A stretch of DNA of 64,000 nt from Nitrosopumilus sp. (GTDB lineage Archaea; Thermoproteota; Nitrososphaeria; Nitrososphaerales; Nitrosopumilaceae). Under the pieces are notes generated by a model. It ran no database searches. It was not told the DNA's origin and was given only the letters and a program-made list of their open reading frames with translations. The DNA lies in NCBI GenBank assembly GCA_965219345.1, contig OZ244732.1:1056001-1120000 (forward strand), in the 5' to 3' direction. The translations under genes and the position numbers were made by a program. This document shows positions 57,368 through 64,000 of this stretch, in pieces; within the stretch, counting starts at the first letter, position 1, and the number at the start of each line of letters is the position of its first letter.

Positions 57368-58093
57368 CTATTCTGCAGCAAACTTTGATGCATTTTGAGA
57401 ATAATTCTTTAAATCAGATTCAGAAACTTTCTCGAAAACTTTTGCTTCAGTTGTAATCTTTGCCATTTTAACGTCACTGACTCCATCCTTTTGTTCATCT
57501 TTTAGATTAATTGCAGCAATAGCTAAAGATGTTGCATCATCTATGCTCATATCTGAATTGTAATGTTTTTCCAAAAATGCGTTTACATCGTCAGAACCTG
57601 CTCCAATTGCAATTGCTGCATATTGCACATAAGTTCCACTAGGATCAGTCACATAGATTGATTCTCCTTTTTGATCAATACCAGCAATTATCAAGGAAAC
57701 TCCATTTGGACGTACTCCGGAATATTGTGTAAATTGATGGGACTGATCTGCTAAATGTTTGGCAACTGTTCCGACTTCAACAGACTCATCGTATGTCATT
57801 CTATTTCCTTGTGAAAAGAATCTTGCACTATCTACCTGAATTCGTGCATCTGGGATATACCCTGCAGCGGCCACTCCGATATGAAAATCTACCTGGAAAA
57901 TCTTTTGTGTGATATCTGTACTCTGTAATGTTCTAGCTTTTTCCTCTACTGCCATGATAACTCCTTCTTTACTGCATATGCCAATTGCTAAAGTTCCTCT
58001 TTTTACCGTCTCCATGGCATATTCGACTTGGTATATTCTGCCATCTGGAGAATACATGGTAGGAGTCATATCGTAGCCGCGTGATGCCATCAT
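57368..58093 (-). CDS. psmA: Proteasome alpha subunit
   Basis: YD...TMYSPDGRIYQVEYA, RPNGVS and TDPSG motifs. Confidence 0.96.
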   Translation of the reverse strand: MMASRGYDMTPTMYSPDGRIYQVEYAMETVKRGTLAIGICSKEGVIMAVEEKARTLQSTDITQKIFQVDFHIGVAAAGYIPDARIQVDSARFFSQGNRMTYDESVEVGTVAKHLADQSHQFTQYSGVRPNGVSLIIAGIDQKGESIYVTDPSGTYVQYAAIAIGAGSDDVNAFLEKHYNSDMSIDDATSLAIAAINLKDEQKDGVSDVKMAKITTEAKVFEKVSESDLKNYSQNASKFAAE

Positions 58094-58194
58094 GATATCA
58101 CGAGTCCATTCTCAGTCAATTTAAGGGTAATTGTCAATGTGGAAAAGATCTGGACATAGAGTTTTAAGCAAAACTGGCTTATTTTCCTTAAGGC

Positions 58195-58578
58195 ATGACT
58201 AATCAGCTCCTGGAATTCAAAAAAATTCTTAGATCAAAACAAGTTTCAACGCAAAGAAAACCAGACAAGCAGACGAGAAAGCTATTGCTTTACTTGTTTA
58301 CAAGTACTAGGGGTGGACTTGCCAGATTGCGTATTGTTATGCATTTGCTTGATCAACCATACAATACCCATCAACTAACCAAAGTACTTGGTCTTGATTA
58401 CAAAGCAGTTCAACACCACATGAAAGTTCTGGAGAAAAATAACATGGTTTCAAAAATTGGTGAAAAGTACGGAGCAATTTTTCACTTGTCAAACTTCCTT
58501 GAGATTAATATTAGCACACTTGATGAAGCAATAGACAAACTAGATAGAAAACTGAATCACAAAAAAGTTTACATATAA
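58195..58578 (+). CDS. ArsR-family transcriptional regulator
   Basis: STRGG..RLRI, LDYKAVQHHMKVLEKNN and YG motifs. Confidence 0.88.
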   Translation: MTNQLLEFKKILRSKQVSTQRKPDKQTRKLLLYLFTSTRGGLARLRIVMHLLDQPYNTHQLTKVLGLDYKAVQHHMKVLEKNNMVSKIGEKYGAIFHLSNFLEINISTLDEAIDKLDRKLNHKKVYI

Positions 58579-58643
58579 ACAATCTTTTTGCGATCTGAAA
58601 TTTTACATTAAACTTAAATTAATGAGTCATTTAAAAAATACCC

Positions 58644-59918
58644 TTGGTCAAGCATGATCCCTTTGTAAATGCAACAAAGCAGGTCAATGATGCATGTGAT
58701 ATTCTTGGCATTAAAGATAAGGGATTGCGTGAATATCTTGCGATACCAAACAAAGTTTTGAGAGTAAAGATTCCAGTAAAAATGGACAATGGAAAAATTA
58801 GGGTGTTTACGGGTTTCAGAAGTCAACATAACAATGACAGAGGTCCATACAAAGGCGGCATTCGTTACTTTAATCCGGAAGGTGGAGTCGAGTATATGGA
58901 ACGTGAAGTTATGGCACTTTCTTCTTGGATGACATGGAAATGTGCAATTGTTGATATTCCGTTAGGTGGAGGCAAAGGTGGAATCTATGTTAATCCCAAA
59001 ACAGAAAAAATTAGTGATGCAGAACTAGAAAGACTAACCAGAGGATTTGCATACAAAATTTTTGAAATTATAGGACCTGAAAAAGACATTCCAGCTCCTG
59101 ATGTTTACACAACGGGTAGAGAAATGACACAAATCATGGATACATTTAGCAAGCTAAACAACAACAAACATTCTCCAGGTGTAATCACTGGAAAACCAAT
59201 TTCAATGGGAGGCTCCCTTGCAAGAAATGTTGCCACTGGACTAGGAGCTGCATACTGTGTAAGGGAAGCGGCAAAAACACTGAAACTGAACCTAAAAGGC
59301 GCCAAAGTAGTTTTACAGGGATTTGGAAACGCATCAACATTCGCAGGTGAATATCTGGAAAAGATGGGTGCAAAAGTTATTGGAGTAAGTGACTCTAAAG
59401 GCTCAATTTCAATCCCAAACGGTGCAAAGGTTAGTAAAATCTTAGAGCACAAACAAAAGAAAGGATCCGTTGTTGGATTTCCTGGAAGTAAAAAAATCTC
59501 AACTGAACAGTTACTTACTACTGAATGTGATATTTTAGTTCCTGGTGCACTCGAAAATCAAATCAATGCAAAGATTGCCAAGAATCTTAAATGTAAAATT
59601 ATTGCCGAAGCTGCAAACGGTCCAACATTACCAGAAGCTGATCCAATTATTTACAAAAAGAAAATTTTGATAATTCCTGATATTTTGGCCAATTCTGGCG
59701 GTGTTTGTATTTCCTATCTGGAATGGGTACAAAACAACATGGGTTACTATTGGACATTTGATGAGGTTGCAAACAAGATGGAGAAAAATATCACAAAAGG
59801 ATTCAAAGATGCCTATGCCCTTACAAGGAAGCACAAAATAGACATGAGAAAAGCTACTATGGCTTTGGCCGTTGAAAGAGTAGTAGAAGCCTTTAATCAA
59901 AAAGGAATCTGGCCTTAG
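58644..59918 (+). CDS. gdhA: Glutamate dehydrogenase
   Basis: GPYKGGIR, GGGKGG, DIPAPD, QGFGN, EAANGP and PDILANSGGV motifs. Confidence 0.95.
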   Translation: MVKHDPFVNATKQVNDACDILGIKDKGLREYLAIPNKVLRVKIPVKMDNGKIRVFTGFRSQHNNDRGPYKGGIRYFNPEGGVEYMEREVMALSSWMTWKCAIVDIPLGGGKGGIYVNPKTEKISDAELERLTRGFAYKIFEIIGPEKDIPAPDVYTTGREMTQIMDTFSKLNNNKHSPGVITGKPISMGGSLARNVATGLGAAYCVREAAKTLKLNLKGAKVVLQGFGNASTFAGEYLEKMGAKVIGVSDSKGSISIPNGAKVSKILEHKQKKGSVVGFPGSKKISTEQLLTTECDILVPGALENQINAKIAKNLKCKIIAEAANGPTLPEADPIIYKKKILIIPDILANSGGVCISYLEWVQNNMGYYWTFDEVANKMEKNITKGFKDAYALTRKHKIDMRKATMALAVERVVEAFNQKGIWP

Positions 59919-60292
59919 GCTAGATAAGATTCGCAAGAAACTGGTTGTTCAATAAACATTATTTTGCCCTTTGTTATTTCTCGAAGCTTTCCTTTGTAAG
60001 AGGGATTTACTTTAGTTCTTCTTTGCAATAATTGAACTGTTTTTCCAGTTAGTTTTCTTCCTTTTTTATCTCTGTCAAAAAGAATGATCAATCTTTTATA
60101 CTTTGAAACTGAATCAGTAAAGCCAATCATTCCTCCAAATTTATGAAATTCTGATACTTTGCCATAGTAACCAAGTTTTCTTAATGCAATTGCATCTCTT
60201 TTCCCCTCAACTACTATTACGCTATCTTTCATAGTGTTTAATTGAAAAATGAAATCCTTTAATTCAGTAATTTCTTGTTCTGTAACAAACAC
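59915..60292 (-). CDS. Small Toprim-domain protein
   Basis: VVEGKRD and LFDRDKKG motifs. Confidence 0.85.
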   Translation of the reverse strand: MFVTEQEITELKDFIFQLNTMKDSVIVVEGKRDAIALRKLGYYGKVSEFHKFGGMIGFTDSVSKYKRLIILFDRDKKGRKLTGKTVQLLQRRTKVNPSYKGKLREITKGKIMFIEQPVSCESYLA

Positions 60293-60313
60293 GCCATTTG
60301 ATTCACTTTAACA

Positions 60314-61225
60314 TATTAAACTCCCGCTATAGCTGGTGTTTAAAAGATTTTTATATTTTTTATGACTAAATAAAATCCCAAAATATTGACAGTCACCTGT
60401 GCTTAATATACTAAAATCTGTTGTAATGCATTTTAGAATTAATCTATGACATTATCCATGATGCATCAAAAATTATTATACTTGATGTTTATTTTAGATC
60501 CTCAAAAAATTCTTTATCCTAAACATTACTAACTATATTTGCTAGCTATTTTTCTTAGAATTGCAACGGATTGACTTTCAGTAACTACAAAATTATCTCC
60601 AATAGTAAATGTCTTTAACTTTGGCTTATCCATTAATTTAAGTATCTCATACCGCAATAAAAACTTGTCATGGCCAAACACGGGGATTTACAAAAAAAAA
60701 AAAATTGTTGAAAACAATTGGATATTTTTATCCCTGCAATAAAATATGTGACAATCAAGGCAAATTTGAATTTAGAATTCAAATCAGTCCGTTCAAATCT
60801 CAACTTGCATACCTTCTTATAGAAAAATTCAAGTCTATAGACGCCTTTAGATTAGTCTGCGTGATCCGTACCACTCCTAAAATTCAAGATATCCTAAAAA
60901 AAGCATCTAGTGAAGATCGAATCCAAATAGAATATCAATTTGAAGACGTATATCTAAAATATAAAGCAGAATTAATTTTCGCTAATGATGATGCATCACT
61001 TCAAAGCATAAGAGTTCTACTAACTCAAAATCTATCTCTTCAAGAAGTGTTAGATTCTGTCAGAGATAATATTTTGCTTGTTAAGGATGTAGCAAGACTT
61101 TTGATAGCAATGGATGGCTCTACACAATCTGCTGAATTAGATGATAACAATACGATGTTTCAATAACTCTAAAACACTTATAAAAACTGTTTTTTGAATT
61201 TATCTTGTATTAAATTCCCGCTATA
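60314..61225. mobile_element. ~0.9 kb insertion flanked by 18-bp near-identical direct repeats
   Basis: TATTAAACTCCCGCTATA (60314-60331) and TATTAAATTCCCGCTATA (61208-61225). Confidence 0.5.
60705..61166 (+). CDS. Orphan hypothetical protein (possibly a fragment)
   Basis: 153 aa ORF preceded by a long poly-A run; lies inside the direct repeats. Confidence 0.4.
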   Translation: MLKTIGYFYPCNKICDNQGKFEFRIQISPFKSQLAYLLIEKFKSIDAFRLVCVIRTTPKIQDILKKASSEDRIQIEYQFEDVYLKYKAELIFANDDASLQSIRVLLTQNLSLQEVLDSVRDNILLVKDVARLLIAMDGSTQSAELDDNNTMFQ

Positions 61226-61267
61226 ACGTGACTTCCACATATTAATCACTTTTGACAATGAAAAATA

Positions 61268-61951
61268 ATGTCTGATGTTTTGCTTATACAAAATACAAGA
61301 ATTGAAGGTTCTGGATACTTGGGTGATCTTCTCAAAAATGATGGATTCAAAATTACTTCAGTTAACGCAAAACATGAACAGCTCCCTGAGAAAGATTTTT
61401 CTCTAGTTGTAATTTTAGGAGCTCCTGAAAGTGCAAATGATAATTTACCGTATCTTCAGTCACAACAACATCTTATCAAAAATTGTGTGGAAAAAAATAT
61501 TCCTGTTCTGGGAATTTGTTTGGGCTCTCAATTGATTGCTAAAGCTTTTGGTGCAAAAGTATACGGTGGACCGCAAAAGGAGATCGGATTTTACAATGAT
61601 TTGAAAATTTATAACAACTCTCCATTGTTTTCTAATTTCAAAAACCCTTTTACTGTCTTTCATTGGCATGGTGATACCTTTGATTTGCCTCAAGGTGCAG
61701 TTAGATTAGCCTCATCTGAGCACTATCTGAATCAGGCTTTTCAATACAAAAGTGCGATAGGATTACAATTCCATTTAGAAGTAGATGAAGCAATGGTTAA
61801 CTTGTGGCTTGACAACACCAAGGAAAAACTAGGAGAAATTCCATACATAGATCCGCAAAAAATTCGCTTAGATATCAACGAAAATATTTCAACTGTAAAA
61901 TCAAATATGAAGAATTTTTACAACAACTTCAAATCATCATACAATCTTTGA
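61268..61951 (+). CDS. Class I glutamine amidotransferase-like protein
   Basis: LGICLGSQL, HWHGD and QFHLE motifs. Confidence 0.9.
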   Translation: MSDVLLIQNTRIEGSGYLGDLLKNDGFKITSVNAKHEQLPEKDFSLVVILGAPESANDNLPYLQSQQHLIKNCVEKNIPVLGICLGSQLIAKAFGAKVYGGPQKEIGFYNDLKIYNNSPLFSNFKNPFTVFHWHGDTFDLPQGAVRLASSEHYLNQAFQYKSAIGLQFHLEVDEAMVNLWLDNTKEKLGEIPYIDPQKIRLDINENISTVKSNMKNFYNNFKSSYNL

Positions 61952-62269
61952 CCAAAATGTAATGCGTCTTATTCAGATAAAGAAAAAATTCATTTCTATA
62001 AGGAAAATAACTGTCCATGTTGTCATCTAAAGTTAAGAATGAGGAAAACAATTCAACAGAAACGACAAATCGAAATAGAAAGAAGTTGAGAAATCAAACA
62101 AAAAATAAAATAGTTTTTACCTGAGCTTAGGAGGAAAAGTAAACAACAACTTGTGAGGGTATATCTTAGCTAAACTCAGACATTATGATGCTATGATTTA
62201 TGATATGAAACTTTTATTGCCAAATTCTATGATCAAAATATTTTTATTCAAATATTATGCCTGATATGC

Positions 62270-62577
62270 ATGGTTGATTATGTCTCTCTATAGAACAAGC
62301 AAAAAATATGAGAAAGTCAATAAATGTAATTGGAATAATTAAATCGAAGTCAGAACCAAAAACCGTTAATCGTAAAAATGGTATTGCTTCTGAGGTTTGT
62401 GATGCCATAATATATGACGAGACAGGCGAAATGCCAATTACTTTATGGGACGATGCTGTTGAAAAATATAATGATGGTGATAAAATATCTATCACAAATG
62501 GATACACCAATGAGTTTAGGGGAGTCTTTTCACTAAATTCTGGCAAGTTTGGGATAATACAACTAATCCAAGATTAG
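62270..62577 (+). pseudogene. Single OB-fold SSB/RPA-like protein with a probable +2 frameshift near the start
   Basis: DETGEMPITLWD...GDKISITNGYTNEFRG..SLN.GKFG; ATG 62270 (MVDYVS) is out of frame because of a TC run; could restart at 62308. Confidence 0.65.
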
Positions 62578-62695
62578 AATATTTTATGAAGATCTTAGGA
62601 AAGAATTAGATTTGTGATAGTTAGATAGTAAAATTTCTACTAAAGTTGTAGAATTAAAGTAAAAGGTAATAATAAATGGTTTACTTTAATTTAGA

Positions 62696-62989
62696 ATGCA
62701 AAGAAGAGATAGAAGAAAAATTGATTTTACTAGACATGCTGAAAAAAGATTAATAGATAGAGAAATAACTCGTGCACAAGTTTTAACAGTTTTAATGAAT
62801 CCTGATGATGTTCTTCAAGCTGATTCAGATGATCGTTTCAAATGTTATGGTACGCCTGGGGATATTCCTTATCCAGAAGAACCATTCCTAGTGGTTATAT
62901 ATGAACAAACTAATATTAAAATTAAGGTTATAACTATAATGTGGCAAGATACAGGAGGTTTGAGAGCTAGTGGATTCAGTAGAATATGA
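62696..62989 (+). CDS. DUF4258 / RelE-like putative toxin
   Basis: FTRHAEKRLIDREIT...L.NPD...LVVIYE...VITI. Confidence 0.8.
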   Translation: MQRRDRRKIDFTRHAEKRLIDREITRAQVLTVLMNPDDVLQADSDDRFKCYGTPGDIPYPEEPFLVVIYEQTNIKIKVITIMWQDTGGLRASGFSRI

Positions 62990-63188
62990 TAAAGAAGCTA
63001 ACGCGTTTTATTTTAGATTAAGCAACAACAAAGTGGTCAAAACCATACCTTATGGAAATGATAAATTTATTGACATAGATAAAGATGGTAAGATTGTAGG
63101 TATGGAAGTTTTGAATAATGCGAAGCTAGCCCCAATGGAGTTCAATGAAGTTGTTCGAAGAACAGATCAGATCAAGTTAACTGCATAA
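62970..63188 (+). CDS. DUF2283 putative antitoxin
   Basis: YDKEANAFYFRL...DIDKDGKIVGMEVLN; overlaps the toxin gene. Confidence 0.85.
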   Translation: MDSVEYDKEANAFYFRLSNNKVVKTIPYGNDKFIDIDKDGKIVGMEVLNNAKLAPMEFNEVVRRTDQIKLTA

Positions 63189-63851
63189 TTTTTTACTTAG
63201 ATTTTATTATTAAAATGCGATCAGTTAAAATTTAATATACTGTTATTTAAAATAACTTTTCAAATGCTAGCTTATGAGCTTTATTGTGAGAATGACAAAA
63301 CAAAGCAAGACTCTGGTGGATGTATTCCAATTAAAAAAACATTTTTCCTTGAAATTCTATGTTATATTTCATAAAACAATGATATCAAAAATAGATCTTA
63401 AGCATTATGATATCATGTTTTTTATAAATTATTAGATATTATTTTACTTTTTGCAGGTAAATTTACCTATATTAATTAGAATTGCAAAATAGATATTATA
63501 ATACCGAGTCTCAACAAATTCAAACCTTCAAAGCATTGAATTCATAGCATAAATCTTGAACCATGCCATTTACCTTCCCTGTTTTTTTGGTTTTTATTTT
63601 CTTGGATTTGCTACTAGAATCTTGAGCCTCGTTATTGATGTATGATAAGATCTCTTTTTGCTCATAGTTAGATCTGATTTGATCCATCATCTATTCTTAT
63701 TTTGTAGATCTTCATTAAGGTTATGTGTAATCAGGTGCAGATAAAGCATTGATCCAATAAATCTGCGATCTATCTACTTTTTGCGATCAGCTTTTACGAT
63801 CATTTTTTGCATGCAGTAAAGATAATATTTCTATTCAATTTTTACAAACAC

Positions 63852-64000
63852 ATGTCTCAATATGCTCAGTTTGAATGCGATGCAAGAAATGCGCTTGAAA
63901 AACATTTGAAAGTAAAATTGTATTCTGGAAAGGTATCAATCAAAGGCAAAGAAAAAAGTTTTGATATTTTGAATAAAGACAAAAGAATTGTTGGTGATGT
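63852..64000 (+). CDS. Partial ORF, putative PD-(D/E)xK restriction-like nuclease
   Basis: MSQYAQFECDARNALE...KEKSFDIL...IVGDV runs off the window edge. Confidence 0.45.
   Translation, partial: MSQYAQFECDARNALEKHLKVKLYSGKVSIKGKEKSFDILNKDKRIVGD

Overview
AT-rich archaeal chromosome segment, almost certainly from an ammonia-oxidising Nitrososphaerota (Thaumarchaeota, Nitrosopumilus-like). It carries Topo VI, a eukaryote-type topoisomerase IB, an RPC34/TFE-beta homologue, Nop5/fibrillarin, RadA, S30e, L21e, Rpo4 and proteasome alpha. Several accessory patches interrupt the core genes. (1) A ~4.8 kb integrated element (3221-8023) is bounded by a perfect 15-bp direct repeat and has a dead tyrosine integrase. 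Its cargo is a DUF3800-like RNase H-fold gene, a structured putative ncRNA, a 26-bp tandem array and an AbiV/HEPN-like gene; this is the best candidate for a new RNA-linked defence or toxin-antitoxin system. (2) An XPB-Bax1 / defence-nuclease remnant / IS6 remnant patch precedes radA. (3) A decayed island sits next to an intron-containing tRNA-Met. (4) A nuclease-DGQHR fusion faces a beta-class DNA methyltransferase, with a DUF5131/TcmP pair nearby. (5) Another island begins at the right end, with a DUF4258/DUF2283 toxin-antitoxin pair. Several genes are broken by 1-2 nt indels or single stops. All family assignments come from motif recognition by eye, not database searches.
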